A stretch of DNA of 64,000 nt from an uncultured Nitrospiraceae bacterium (GCA_963727775.1 CAVSHB010000001.1:192001-256000); one strand, 5' to 3'. Shown: positions 1 through 11,502, counted from the stretch's first letter. Numbers and translations: made by a program. Notes: generated from the sequence alone by a model not told the origin.

Positions 1-51
1 TGGCAGATCAACTGGGGTCGACGTTACAGGATATTTATAAACTTTCCTGTT

Positions 52-129
52 TTAAAAGGGCAAGGTTGCAACTTCGTCGATCGCATCATAAATATCTTGC
101 AGGTAGTCTCTGTATTCCCGTTTCTTCAC
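52..129 (-). pseudogene. Truncated HepT/DUF86 (HEPN) toxin, N-terminal fragment
   Basis: GTG start overlaps the MNT stop. Reads MKKREYRDYLQDIYDAIDEVAT (typical DUF86 start), then diverges and stops after 25 codons. Confidence 0.7.
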
Positions 130-419
130 AGGTAAACAACTTCCTCAAGGATATGCTTTCCTATGTATGGTTTTAGTGCTTGCTTGGTGACAAGGTCAAC
201 CTTAATTCCGAGTATCTGCTCAAGGTATTCCTCTAAGTCGAGAAACTCAAAAAAATCTACGGCCCTTTTGAATTCGACAAGAATATCAATATTACTTTTC
301 TTCTTTGGTTTCCCTCTGACATAGGAACCGAAAACTCCAATGGTTTTGACTTTATATTTTGACGCAAAAATTTCCCTGTGTGCCGATAGAGTTCTTTTAA
401 TTTCTTCGATGTCTTTCAT
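126..419 (-). CDS. MNT (minimal nucleotidyltransferase) antitoxin of an MNT-HEPN system
   Basis: GVFGSYVRG...DILVEF...KVDLVT motifs, 97 aa. The first Asp of the DxD motif reads Asn. Confidence 0.85.
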   Translation of the reverse strand: MKDIEEIKRTLSAHREIFASKYKVKTIGVFGSYVRGKPKKKSNIDILVEFKRAVDFFEFLDLEEYLEQILGIKVDLVTKQALKPYIGKHILEEVVYL

Positions 420-792
420 GTTTTTGCGTATGGTTTGTAAACCTTTAAGAATTATATATTATGATTGAAGTGAATATAAAGCGCCTAATGACACCCACCT
501 GCTACGTTACCGGGATTAACAGTAAACTGTTGATTCCCAATTATTATAAGAGTCAGTATTTTAGCGATTATAAAGGGGCGTGCTACAGGAAGCAGTGTTG
601 CACAAATAGGGGCCTATTGTGATGATGATATTCTGCCCCGAACTAAACAGGGTATTTTCGCGATGTGCACCTACAACTAAATCGTTTCGATGATTTTAAA
701 GAAGTGAAGATTCACAAGAGAACTATGTGACCCCCAATTGTGCTATTAAGTGAGAACAAAGTCTACAGAGTTACTCGTTTGGTAGAGAAGAA

Positions 793-1335
793 TCAAAAGG
801 TAAAAAATTTATATTCATTGTGACCAACTGTTGTGTCTTGAAAGCCCGTACTCTTTCTCATCTCCCAAACACACTCAGAATATGATCTTTTCAAATCTTC
901 TTGAGAAACTTTCCCACCACTACTGAAGTAATCCTTTTGTAACTCAATGAAGTTGTTGAACGCTTTTACAACATTGTCAGGAGCCCATAACCATGATGTT
1001 GCATAAGCATTTAGAAACCTTTCCTGGTCTACTGTTTCTGCTTTATTACCAGATATAAAAATACGCAAAGATTTAGCAATTTCTTCATATACTTGCCGTC
1101 TCTTCTCCAGTAACTGAGCTTCGACTGTTAGAAACGATTTTAATCTTTCGATGTCAGCCAGATATTGAGTTCTAATACCTTCAACCTTATGGGTTATTGC
1201 ATCGATGTCCTCTTTTTTTGCGAGGTTCTTTCCTTTCTCGCTCATATATGAAGGCAGATAATATTTAACCATCAGCCCGACTGCCAAAAGTAATACTAAA
1301 TCCAAGATAGATAGAAAAAGTGCAATAATATCCAT
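793..1335 (-). CDS. Hypothetical protein with N-terminal transmembrane helix and coiled coil
   Basis: 180 aa ORF with GAGGAG RBS; hydrophobic N-terminus followed by EKGKNLAKKEDI. Confidence 0.7.
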   Translation of the reverse strand: MDIIALFLSILDLVLLLAVGLMVKYYLPSYMSEKGKNLAKKEDIDAITHKVEGIRTQYLADIERLKSFLTVEAQLLEKRRQVYEEIAKSLRIFISGNKAETVDQERFLNAYATSWLWAPDNVVKAFNNFIELQKDYFSSGGKVSQEDLKRSYSECVWEMRKSTGFQDTTVGHNEYKFFTF

Positions 1336-1377
1336 ATTTATTGTTCTCCTCTGTTTTCACCTAACCTTTATTAACTC

Positions 1378-2355
1378 TTATTTATTACTCTTACCGATGT
1401 TACACTTAGAACAAAGCGTTCTCAAATTCTCCGATACTGTTTTGCCTCCTTTTGAGAATGGAATAATATGGTCGACGTGCAGTTGGCACCCAAGGTCTGA
1501 GGCTGGACTTACCCCACAAACAACACATCGAAATCTATCTCTGCTTAGAACATCATATCGTAACCCTATACTAATAGAGCGCTTTTCTTCAACTCGATGC
1601 TGTGTTGATCTCCTAAATCCACCAGGGGGCTTCTGATGCTTCTTCGATTTATCTGACTCAACTTGTGCTCCCGTGATGTCTGTTTTCTCAGTGTCTGAAT
1701 TCACTCTATCAATGAAAGCAATCAGTGCTTTTTTCCAAGTGCGCCATTTGGCTTCGTACGCTTTGGCGGAAATCTTAGACGGTGCACGATCCATTTCCCC
1801 ATAAGTTGGCTGACGACCATAATGAGTCCAGACAGTCAAAAGATTTTCGAAGTAATCATCATCTGAATAACGCTTGCCTCGATTCGATATAACCAAACCT
1901 GCTTGATTCATTGCAGACCACCAAGAACCAAATCGTCTTCTAATCGTCTCCGGATGAATAGATGAGTATTTATTGAATTGTTCCATAGTGTAAGTGGATA
2001 CGCCAAGTTTTTGAGCAATACTGCGCAGTTCTAAAATCATTTGATCATCAGTATAGGAGCGGAATTCCTTAAGCTTTTTCTTGGAAACAGGTGAACCACT
2101 GTAACGATGACCAAGTCCGGATTGATTCAATGCTTCCTTCCAATTACCGAATCGCTTAAGAACTGTCGAATAAGAAACCTTAGAATACTTGTTAAAGGCT
2201 TCATACGAGATAATGTGCGTGTCGATTAATTCAGCAACACGCTGTATCTCAGCAATAATGCTATCCTTGTCTGTGCTGACTAATCTTCTTAATTCAAAAT
2301 TGACCAAGCTAATTCGTTTTCCTTGTAAAATTAATGATCGAATTCCTGAGCGCAA
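1378..2355 (-). CDS. HNH endonuclease with three N-terminal homing-endonuclease-associated repeats
   Basis: Three repeats ending RFGNWKEAL / RFGSWWSAM / KWRTWKKAL. C-terminal CxxC...LHVDHIIP..GG...NLRTLCxxCN. Exact start uncertain. Confidence 0.85.
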   Translation of the reverse strand: MRSGIRSLILQGKRISLVNFELRRLVSTDKDSIIAEIQRVAELIDTHIISYEAFNKYSKVSYSTVLKRFGNWKEALNQSGLGHRYSGSPVSKKKLKEFRSYTDDQMILELRSIAQKLGVSTYTMEQFNKYSSIHPETIRRRFGSWWSAMNQAGLVISNRGKRYSDDDYFENLLTVWTHYGRQPTYGEMDRAPSKISAKAYEAKWRTWKKALIAFIDRVNSDTEKTDITGAQVESDKSKKHQKPPGGFRRSTQHRVEEKRSISIGLRYDVLSRDRFRCVVCGVSPASDLGCQLHVDHIIPFSKGGKTVSENLRTLCSKCNIGKSNK

Positions 2356-3733
2356 ATCTCATATGACGTTCAAGACAAAGACACGCACATAAGCAGCTCA
2401 GTGCTGTTCTTATCTCTTTTTCTATACCACCGTTAAGGCATTTTATCTATTATCAGCGCCCCCAACCCGGCTGAACCGGGACTGCGGCATAAAGAAACAT
2501 GCGGCGTGCTGCGCTTTTGTGGCAAGCTATAATACCGCGCCGGCAAGACCGAGTTCACCAATGGTGCTCACTTGCCCGTTTATCAGCGTGGTCCTGGGTC
2601 ACGTCTGCGACATTGGTGAGTGCGACTATGGCCGCACATCCCGTTTGAGAGAATGATCAGAGATGACGTACCACAATGGTTCATAAAAATATTCTACCAA
2701 TCCACGTGCAAAATATCCTGACTTTGTTTATACCGGTAACCAAGGCAGCTGGCGAGACGTTCTGGGTATCAGTTATCAAGTGAAGCAAGAATTTGAAATG
2801 ATATTCAACAATATTGCAAATACCATTAATGGAATGTAGAGTGTCCACAAAACAGATGATTAACGGACACCTAAATGTTATGCCGCGAATCCACATTCAT
2901 CAAGCAATCCGGCCCTGAAAATCAAGAGGGTTTTATGGACAAGGACTTTTAAAACTGAGAGCACTGGCGATCTGAAGGTTACTGAATCAATTCCACAATT
3001 CGCCATCACTGCGTAAGATGCAGCGTTCACCTACGAACAAACGTTTTCAGCTGTGCCGAAGTTTTAATGAATTCTTCATCAAATTTGTACTTCTGACATT
3101 TTTCATCAAGTGTGGAGTATTCTTGAAAATGCGCGAACTCAAGCGTGGTTGGATTTCGAACTGTGTCTATAGTTGCACTATTGGATACATCTTGCACATG
3201 ATAGATGCTAAATTACAAGATCATCTCGATTGACTTCCGGCATTCACTTCCCCAGAACTTCTCTTATTTTTCTCAAAAGCTTAGTCGGTGAAGCAGGTTT
3301 TTCAATATAGGCTAACTCCTTTTCAAGAATCTCATGTGTTTGAATAATATCCGCCGGATATCCACTCATAAACAGCACCTTGATATCAGGGCTTATTTGC
3401 TTGATCTCATCATACGCCTCTTTGCCGTTCTTGTTCGGCATTATTACATCAAGGAGTACAAACTGAATTTCATTCTTATTTACCTTAAATTTATTTATTG
3501 CATCCTGACCATCTATTGCCTCTATTACCTGATAACCATTTTCTTCAAGTAAATGCTTTGTGAATTCCCTCACCTCTTGTGGGCGCCGCTCGAAAGGAAC
3601 CGAATATGGCGGCGGCGGATGCCTGCTGTAGCTGGTCAGGGCGCAATCCAGCGTGGAACGCCCTGCGCCGAGGCGAGTTATCTCTAATCAGTTGTAACCC
3701 TGATTCGGAACTTTCGTTATTATTCTACCCAGC

Positions 3734-4411
3734 TTACTGCCTATTTCTATAGGACCTTCCTTCGAAGGTGATGAACTTTCCGTTCATGCTGAGCCGATCA
3801 AGAATCGCCGATGCAGTCACGGTATCAAACACCTTCCCCCAGTTTGACGGTACAAGGTTGGTGGTGACGATGGTCGTGCCCACTTCCGCCCTTTTTGAGA
3901 TTATCTGGAAGATGCAGTCTGCCTGTTCTTTGCTCGGGATCACATAGCCGATCTCATCCAGACACCAAACGGCTGCCCGCGCGTGGTATTCGATGAAGCT
4001 GTAGATGCTCTTGGCCTTCGCCATTTTGGCGGTGAGGTCAAACAAGGTAAGAAAGACCGTCTGACAGCCTTTGGTAAGGGCATCATGGCACAGTGCGGTT
4101 GCGACATGGGTTTTACCGACACCGGCCGGGCCTATGAGCACAAGGTTGCTGGGTTTCTTAAGCCACTGGGTGTTCATGTATTCTATGATCTTGTCCCTTG
4201 GTATCTTTGGATTATATTTCCAGTCGAAGTCATCGAGGATCTTTGTTCTCTTGATGCCGGACATGTTCATGAGGTACTGGATCCTTTTTAACTCCTTTCG
4301 ATGATACTCCTCGGTGAGGAACTTCAACATAAACTCCTTTTGTTCTTTTGAAAGAGCTTCAAGATCCGCAAGGAGCCTGAAGTGCCTCCACAGCTCAGAT
4401 AAGTTCATCAT
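3734..4411 (-). CDS. istB: IS21 helper ATPase
   Basis: Walker A GPAGVGKT, Walker B LDEIGY, TTN...W, AILDRL, GRSYR. Confidence 0.93.
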   Translation of the reverse strand: MMNLSELWRHFRLLADLEALSKEQKEFMLKFLTEEYHRKELKRIQYLMNMSGIKRTKILDDFDWKYNPKIPRDKIIEYMNTQWLKKPSNLVLIGPAGVGKTHVATALCHDALTKGCQTVFLTLFDLTAKMAKAKSIYSFIEYHARAAVWCLDEIGYVIPSKEQADCIFQIISKRAEVGTTIVTTNLVPSNWGKVFDTVTASAILDRLSMNGKFITFEGRSYRNRQ

Positions 4412-5807
4412 AATCGCTCAGTTGCCTCCCTTCATATGAGATATGTAACAGCCCCGGGTTCTGGGGATGCACGGGATTGTCCTGATTGCCCGCCGGACCC
4501 AGAAGCCCCTGGATATAGGTCACTCTATAGGTATCGATGCTTATGGCGGCCTTGACCGCCGATATCAGTGTCTCCCTGGCTATGCCTTTAAGAAGTTTGA
4601 ACAGTTCGTAAGCAACCTCAAGAGGATCCTGTCCCTCTTGTTCAGCGCGGTTGAGGAAGTGTTCGATGTTTTTGTCCATGGACTTCAGAAGCTGGTGCAT
4701 CCTTTTGTATTTATAGTGGGGAGTGATATTGAGAAGTTTCTCGCGGTGAGAAGGATGTTCTATCTTTTGTTTTCTGTCGAATACCCGTTTGTGCGTCGCT
4801 ATCTTTCTGCCATGCACCGCTATTTCTATGTGCTGAGGATACCCAAAGATGTCGCAGGGCATATCTCCGTACTGGGATGGCACTGAGTAGCGGTTGGTGT
4901 CGAACTCCACAAAGCACGTCTTGTTGATGGATGCCGGCTCCTGTCTGTAAGGCAGGTAATGGATTTGGGGGAGAGCTATGAGTCTCTCCTGCTTTAACGC
5001 CTCAACAGGAGGCATTCCCGTGGATCGGTGAATCCTGGCATTTCTCTGTATGCGCCAGAGGCCGAATCTTTTATTAAGATCGTCGATATCGGCGAAGGTA
5101 TTGATGACGAGGAAGCTTTCAATGTCTCTGATGACCCGCTCAACCCTGCCTTTCTCATTAGGCTTGCCAGGATTGCAGGCACGGATAGAGAAATTATAGT
5201 GCCGTGCAAAGTCCAAAAAACGAGCATTGTAAGTTATCTCCGGTTTTCTCTTTATGACTACGGACTTGAGATTGTCATAAGCATGTCTGTTGGCGACACC
5301 TCCTATTTCTTTGAAGGCCTCAATATGGCCGTCCAGGAAAAACTCCATAGAGCTCCTCAGATAGAAGTGAGCGTAAAGGTACCGCGAATAGGACAGGATG
5401 TAGCCGAACCCGTAGACTACCCCGAAAGGCATGCTCCTCTGCATCCAATCAACCTGCGATTCTTCCCCTGGAAGAAACTCCAGCGCATGGAAGGAGTTGC
5501 CCTTCCGCTTCTTTCTTAATGGGAGCGTGTAATCCTTCACCGCCGTATACCCTCCCTCATACCCGTAGCCCTTCAGCCGCTCCATTACCTGTATGGCCTG
5601 CAGAAACGGATATTCCGTGTACCACTGCTGAATTAACCGCGCATAGGGCGCCAGGATGTTACCGGAGGATCTTCTCCTGGTGTCGTCTTGCCGAATGAGG
5701 CGGGTAACCTTTTTTCTCGATATGCCCAGCTTCGTCGCTACCTGATTCAGGCTCAACCCTTCAACCTGATATAGGTGCCGCGCCCGGTTTTGAAGCGATT
5801 CTTGCAT
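4395..5807 (-). CDS. istA: IS21 DDE transposase
   Basis: N-terminal HTH, PGEESQVDW, YDNLKS, EKGRVER, FDTNRYSVP. Confidence 0.93.
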   Translation of the reverse strand: MQESLQNRARHLYQVEGLSLNQVATKLGISRKKVTRLIRQDDTRRRSSGNILAPYARLIQQWYTEYPFLQAIQVMERLKGYGYEGGYTAVKDYTLPLRKKRKGNSFHALEFLPGEESQVDWMQRSMPFGVVYGFGYILSYSRYLYAHFYLRSSMEFFLDGHIEAFKEIGGVANRHAYDNLKSVVIKRKPEITYNARFLDFARHYNFSIRACNPGKPNEKGRVERVIRDIESFLVINTFADIDDLNKRFGLWRIQRNARIHRSTGMPPVEALKQERLIALPQIHYLPYRQEPASINKTCFVEFDTNRYSVPSQYGDMPCDIFGYPQHIEIAVHGRKIATHKRVFDRKQKIEHPSHREKLLNITPHYKYKRMHQLLKSMDKNIEHFLNRAEQEGQDPLEVAYELFKLLKGIARETLISAVKAAISIDTYRVTYIQGLLGPAGNQDNPVHPQNPGLLHISYEGRQLSDYDELI

Positions 5808-5882
5808 TGATGGATCATCTCCTTCCCTGATGTGATGATCCAGTTTACCTCAGCGCCGATTACGAGTCCATTTCGTCTTTTA

Positions 5883-6251
5883 TCATGGCCCATAGGCCGC
5901 AAACGTATGACTATCAAGCCTTCGCAGTCGTATCTCGTCTTTTATCATCCCTTTAATGCCACCCGGTATCAGCAAAACCAGTTCCTGTAAAGGCTTTGAA
6001 GGGGGTATCTCGTCTTTTATCATTTGTCGCGGCAAGGGAGACACATGTAGCTCTTTGCGTCGCTGCCGCCAGGGTTTGACATAGTCGAGATACAGGTTAT
6101 TGAAATACTCAGGATTATTTTGGCGCCACCGCTGCTGGGACTGGTTCTTTCTTGCCCGCTTGCATTGCTTTCGCTGACAGACTTTCTGCCTCGCTCCGAT
6201 CCGTTTATCAGGCGTGAAATACCGCCCACAGTGCATGCATCTCTTTACCAA
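5883..6251 (-). CDS. IS21 passenger protein with putative Zn finger (CxxC...CxxxxC)
   Basis: 122 aa basic ORF inside the IS ends, with GGAGG RBS and TTG start. Confidence 0.7.
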   Translation of the reverse strand: MVKRCMHCGRYFTPDKRIGARQKVCQRKQCKRARKNQSQQRWRQNNPEYFNNLYLDYVKPWRQRRKELHVSPLPRQMIKDEIPPSKPLQELVLLIPGGIKGMIKDEIRLRRLDSHTFAAYGP

Positions 6252-9200
6252 TGATTACCTCCAACTACTTTGTTGTAGGTATCATTGTATGTAAAGGTGG
6301 GTCTCTAAGGTGGGTTCTTCAGTCTACTCATTAATTCTAACTGCAATCTTCAGGCTGGCTCCATCAGCGACGCTTTCGGTTCCTCCGTTACCAGTTCTTT
6401 TACTCCGCCGCCCACACCTCTGTTTCGTCCTCTGCCAACAGCACTGTCTCTGTGCCTTTTTCAACAGGTTGTCTAACTTCAGGTTTTATCTCTTCTGCTT
6501 TTCCCTGTATCAACGGCAAATATATCTTGAATGTGGTACCTTTTCCCGGTTCACTGTAAACATTGATATATCCTTCGTTCTGTTTGATGATACCGTATAC
6601 CATGGCAAGCCCCAGTCCTGTCCCTTTTCCGACTTCTTTTGTCGTGAAGAAGGGCTCAAAAATCTTCTCCCTTGTCTCTCTGTCTATACCGATGCCTGTA
6701 TCTGTAAACGATATAAGAGCATATTTCCCTTCCTTTCCAAAGCCGTGCTCTCTTATGAATTCATGATCAATATCTAAGGTTTCTGTCTTGATAGTCAAAA
6801 GACCCCCTCCGGGCATTGCGTCCTTTGCATTGGTTGCAAGGTTCATCAATACCTGCTCTATCTGCCCGGGGTCTACCATAACAATCACGGCGTTCTCTGA
6901 GAGTGTAGTTTGTAATCGGATATCTTCCCCGATAATCCTTGATAGCAAATGATCTATTCTTCTGATAATCTCATTTAGATCTACCGGTCTTGGATTCATT
7001 ATCTGTTTCCTGCTGAAGGCAACAAGGCTTTTTGTCAAATTAGCTGCTTTGTCTGATAGGGAAAGGATGTGATCGGCATAACTCCTTAAAGGGTCTTCTT
7101 CCTTTAGTTTTATTTTCAGCAGGTGACCATATCCTATCATCGCTGTGAGGATGTTATTGAAGTCGTGGGCAATGCCGCCTGCAAGCTGACCTACTGCCTC
7201 CATTTTCTGGGCCTGTAGAAGCTGGGCATGCAGTTTCTCTTTTTCCTCTTCTATCTTTTTGCGCACAATGATCCCAGCCAGGGTATCGGCAACAGCAAGA
7301 AGGAATTCTTCCTCTCTTTTGTTTCTGATGTGTCCTTTTTTCAAATAGATATTCAGCACCCCCAGCGTCTTTCCGCCAAACAGGATAGGTACGGAGTAAT
7401 GACCGTGAGGGATCATCCCTTCGTAGCATATTTCATGACGTTCATCGATGTCGTTGGCAAACTCAATTTTTTGAGTCAACGCCGCCTTTCCGCAAAGGCA
7501 TTGACCGAAAAAAACTCGCGGACATAGTTTTTTCAGCGGTTCGGGAAGATTGTTTTGGGCTTTCATCATCAGGACATCAGCGTCATCCTCGACAAGTGAT
7601 ATGCTTCCAATTGCGTCAAAGGCAATCCAGGGGACTGCAAGTATCATATTCAATGCCTTCTGTAAGATTTCTTCAAATGGTATATTTTCCAGTGATTCGC
7701 TCAGAATCATGTTGATCGTAGCCTCGGTAAAGTAGGCATCTTGAAGCTCTACGTCCGATAACCGCAGCGCCTCTTCTGCTTTTTTGCGCTCGATTTCCCT
7801 TTCAGCAAACTCCAGAGCATAGGAAATATCCATTGCCATTTCGTCAAGCAGTTTAATCTCTTCCTCGTCGAAGAAATGCGGTTCGCCGGCATACAAATTT
7901 ACCGTCCCACGTATACCGCCCAACGTACTCAGAGGGAAAGACACAGAGGAACGGAATCCGAGATCGAGCGCAATCTTCTGACAAGGAGCCAAGTCCTTAT
8001 CCTGCCCGATAACATTGCAGACAACGTGCTCTCCTTTGCGCAGAGCCATGTCAATAGGACAATAGCTCCGGGGTTCGTCCTTCAGGGAGATATTGATCCT
8101 TTCCAAATAGCCTTCTGATTTGCCGGCAGACGCTACGGGCTGAATCCTTTGGGTCGAATCGTCGAGAAGTCCGATCCACGCCAAAGAAAAATTGCCTTTT
8201 TCGACAGCAATGCGACAGGCTTGCTTAAAAAGTTCCTGCGGCTCACGGATGCGCACGATGGCTTGGTTGATGTCACTCAGTAGGGCGAGGGTACGGTTCA
8301 ATTTATGAATGCGTTCTTCTGCTTGTTTGCGCTCGGTGATATCCCTGACTATGCTCTGATAATATTTATTCCCATCAATCTGAATAATCCTTGAACTGAC
8401 TTCTATTGGAAATGTTGTCCCATCCTTTCTCTGATGCATAGTCTCAAACACAAGACCGTTATGCTCTTCCACTTCTTTCATCTGTCCATTAAGGAGCACT
8501 CTGGTTTCGGATGATCGCAAATCTTTAAGGTTCATTTGCATCAATTCATCATAGCTGTATCCATAAGCGGCGACTGCCCGTTCATTAAAATCCGTTATCC
8601 GCCCATCTCTGTCTGCAAGCAGAATAATGTCATTAGCATGTTCTGTAAGGTGTTCATAACGTTGTGCGTACATCTGCCGTTCGTATTCGATTTCGTATTG
8701 CTTTTTGTATGATTCGGCAGTCTGATGTTTCCAGATAAAACCGATACCTGTACCTGAACCTGCAATTAATACAAATACAAAAATTGTGATGAGCCAGAGA
8801 CTTTTCCGAATAGGTGCATAGATTTCCTCTTTATTAATCTTTGCTACCAGATACCAAGGTGAATCCGGAACAGATTTTACAGTGGCAAGTATTGGGACCC
8901 CTATATAGTCTGTACCGTCAACTACTCCCCGGATTCCCCTCATAGCCATAGCTGGAGGAAGGGTTGGTTCATTTATTGAAAAACGCAGGTTCAGGGCAGT
9001 GTCTTTCTTGTTCCGGAGTTCATTAAGAAAAACAACCTCATTACCATCGCGACGGAATAACACTGTTTCCGCCGTCTTGCTCGGAGTAGGCCATGACTGA
9101 ATCAGAGGATAAAGGAAAAGGTACGGATCGATCCTCAGGAGAATAACCCCTACCGGAACGGAATTGCGGTTACGTGTAACATAGAGCGGGACACTAAGCG

Positions 9201-10089
9201 TAAAGCGGATTTCATTTTTAACCTTGCTCCGGTAAAGATCCGAGAAAATGACTTTTCTGGCGCTTAATGCTTCAGCTGTTAATCTTTTTGCATCAGGGCC
9301 GATAAGTTCTTTTCCGATTGGGTGCGCCAATTGTATTTTTCCGTTCGGATCAAGGAGGATGATGCTCTTATAATGATATTGTTCCTGTAACGACTTCATC
9401 CAGATGAGAATCTTCTCTTTTATCTCAGGCGATCCATTGTTCAGCCATTGTTGAATATGAGGGATAATTAAGGGATTATTATAGATATTCTCCGCATCTG
9501 CAAATCTCTCTTCACGCCAGTTTGCGATCTGTTTGACCTTCAGGTCAGCTATGGACGATAGATTATTCCCTGTTTCTTTTCTTAAGTGTTCTTTCTGCTG
9601 CGCATAATACAGATATCCTGAAATCCCAATCCCTGTTGCTAAAAGAAGGAATATTATGAGTAGGTGGAATGGAAATTTTTGTCGTATGGTTTCAATGGGC
9701 ATAGTTTGTTCCTCTCTTCTTAACATCTACAGTTTTCGATAAATGAGGTCATTAAAGGAACTTTACTATAAGGCGAGTGAAGTGAGTGAATATAAATTTC
9801 CTGCAAGGTCAATATTGCCTCCATTGATACCTATAGAAACATGAACATTTATTTTAATTATACTATCTATAAAAAATACTGCAACATAATTCTATTTCCA
9901 AGATGGTGGGCAGTACTTAAACAGGGGATAAGTGCTAAAACTCACGGTATCCGACATCTCCCTAAGGAAGGTGATGATTTACGAACCGAGGTCTGGCTGT
10001 GCGTTTAAGCGACTACATCGTCAGCAGAAACATGGCACGAAAACGCCCTCAAACATTTGAAGAGGATTATCGCCAACGTTCCCTATATA

Positions 10090-10575
10090 TTATTCAATCA
10101 TTACTTTTTTCTCTTTCTTCTTAGCTTCCTCGGTCTTTGGTATTCTTATCTCCAGTACCCCATCTTTAAATTTTGCAGATGCCTTTTCAGTCTGGACCTC
10201 TGAGGGAAGACTGAATGAACGTTTGAAAGAGCCATAGGAGCGCTCAAGACTGTAATAATCCTTTTTTTCAATCTTTTCCTCTTTCTTCTTCTCTCCAGAA
10301 ATGGTTATGGTATCTTTAGTCAGACTTACATCAATATCTTCTTTTTTCATTCCCGGCAGTTCTGCCTTTACCAGTATATCATCGCCTTCTTTCAATATAT
10401 CCACAGATGGAACAAGTTCTTCTACTTCAGGCATCCTCACCCGTGACAGCCAAGATGGCATCGATGAAAATGGTCTTCTGAAAAAATCTTCAAACCTTTT
10501 TTCCATCTCCTTAAAAGGTGATAGAGCTTTTGTTGATTCAACCTTCGCCAATTCTTTTTTTTCTTCCTTTGCCAT
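10090..10575 (-). CDS. Hsp20/alpha-crystallin small heat shock protein
   Basis: PSVDI..AELPGM...ERSYGSFKRSFSLP...FKDGVLEIRIPK. Confidence 0.93.
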   Translation of the reverse strand: MAKEEKKELAKVESTKALSPFKEMEKRFEDFFRRPFSSMPSWLSRVRMPEVEELVPSVDILKEGDDILVKAELPGMKKEDIDVSLTKDTITISGEKKKEEKIEKKDYYSLERSYGSFKRSFSLPSEVQTEKASAKFKDGVLEIRIPKTEEAKKKEKKVMIE

Positions 10576-10650
10576 AATACACCTCCTGTTGTTTCTAAGA
10601 TTGCTTTTTTGCAGAGAACTTTACTGAATGTCTATTGTCAGAACTATTCT

Positions 10651-10887
10651 TCAGTTCTTCTTCCTTTTTGTTTCAGCTTTATCGATATTTCTTTTTGTTG
10701 TCGATTCCTTTTTCTTTCTTGGAGGAGAAGAAGGAAATGATTCTGCTTCGAGTTTTTCTTCTCCTTTGGATCGTGCGATTACAATACCCTCAGCTTCAAG
10801 CCAGTCGTCGAGATCATAGCCTTCTGCTTTCCCTCTTTTCTCATAAAGTTCATATGCTACTTTCTTTATTTCGTTATGCAAATTCAT
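10651..10887 (-). CDS. DUF2934-like small protein
   Basis: I..VAYELYEKRG...G.DLDDWLEAE motif; GGAGG RBS. Confidence 0.8.
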   Translation of the reverse strand: MNLHNEIKKVAYELYEKRGKAEGYDLDDWLEAEGIVIARSKGEEKLEAESFPSSPPRKKKESTTKRNIDKAETKRKKN

Positions 10888-11157
10888 TTTGTACCTCCAA
10901 TAAGGATATTAATACAAAAGAGCCACTTACAAAAGTCATAAAATGAGAATAATCGATTGAGGTTCAAAAGGACTTTGATTCTGTTAAAATTGTCAACAAA
11001 CAAAAAGAATAGAGTTAATGAACCTCAAATAAACGCGATCACAGTTGAAGACTAAACACAAGTTCAGTCCAGTGTGTATATAAGTTGCGATCTTTTTCGA
11101 CAAGTTACACGTTTCACAAGGCATGCCATAGAAATTAATACAAGATAATTTTTTACC

Positions 11158-11262
11158 AAGGTCATTCTGAGGCATCGGGGTCTGAAGACGACCCAAATTT
11201 ACTTGGGCAAGATCAGCGACACTGAGGCCATCAGGTGGATGGACATTCCGCACGGAAGATAG
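11158..11262 (+). pseudogene. C-terminal relic of a tyrosine recombinase/integrase
   Basis: Manual translation KVILRHRGLKTTQIYLGKISDTEAIRWMDIPHGR* contains the box II LRH...TTQIY motif. Confidence 0.7.
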
Positions 11263-11502
11263 GACTTCGGGATAGCCATTACCCGCCTGGGTCTGCAATG
11301 CTTAAACAAAGATCTGCGACTTGCCTTTTGTACTGTTGTCAAGCGGCTTCCTATCGCCATCCGCATATTTGAGTCGGAATAAAGAGTATTTAGAGAATCC
11401 TCATTTGCGTTGTTTACATAGAAATCTATACATCGAAAAATTCTGTCTCCTGCTGATTATCGCATATAATTGACAAGTCTTCTGAAATTTCCACCATGAT
11501 CT

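Larger units (their letters stand above)
3578..6416 (-). mobile_element. IS21-family element (2839 bp) with passenger ORF
   Basis: Ends TGTGGGCG...CGCCCACA; 5-bp TSD CCTCT at 3573-3577 and 6417-6421; contains istA and istB. Confidence 0.93.
3244..9726 (-). pseudogene. Membrane hybrid histidine kinase (Cache-PAS-GAF-GAF-HisKA-HATPase-REC) split by IS21 in its receiver domain
   Basis: H-box [10 protein letters not shown] and G-box GKGTGLGL. Removing the IS and one TSD copy restores LAEDETEVREFTK in frame with ORF 3244-3573, matching LAEDETEVREFT in the paralog at 61.6 kb. Confidence 0.9.

Noticed and set aside
2360..3240. HEARO/OMEGA-type guide RNA for the HNH gene
   Set aside because: The protein lacks IscB/RRXRR architecture and only one 9-bp stem is visible; the tract may be pseudogene debris.
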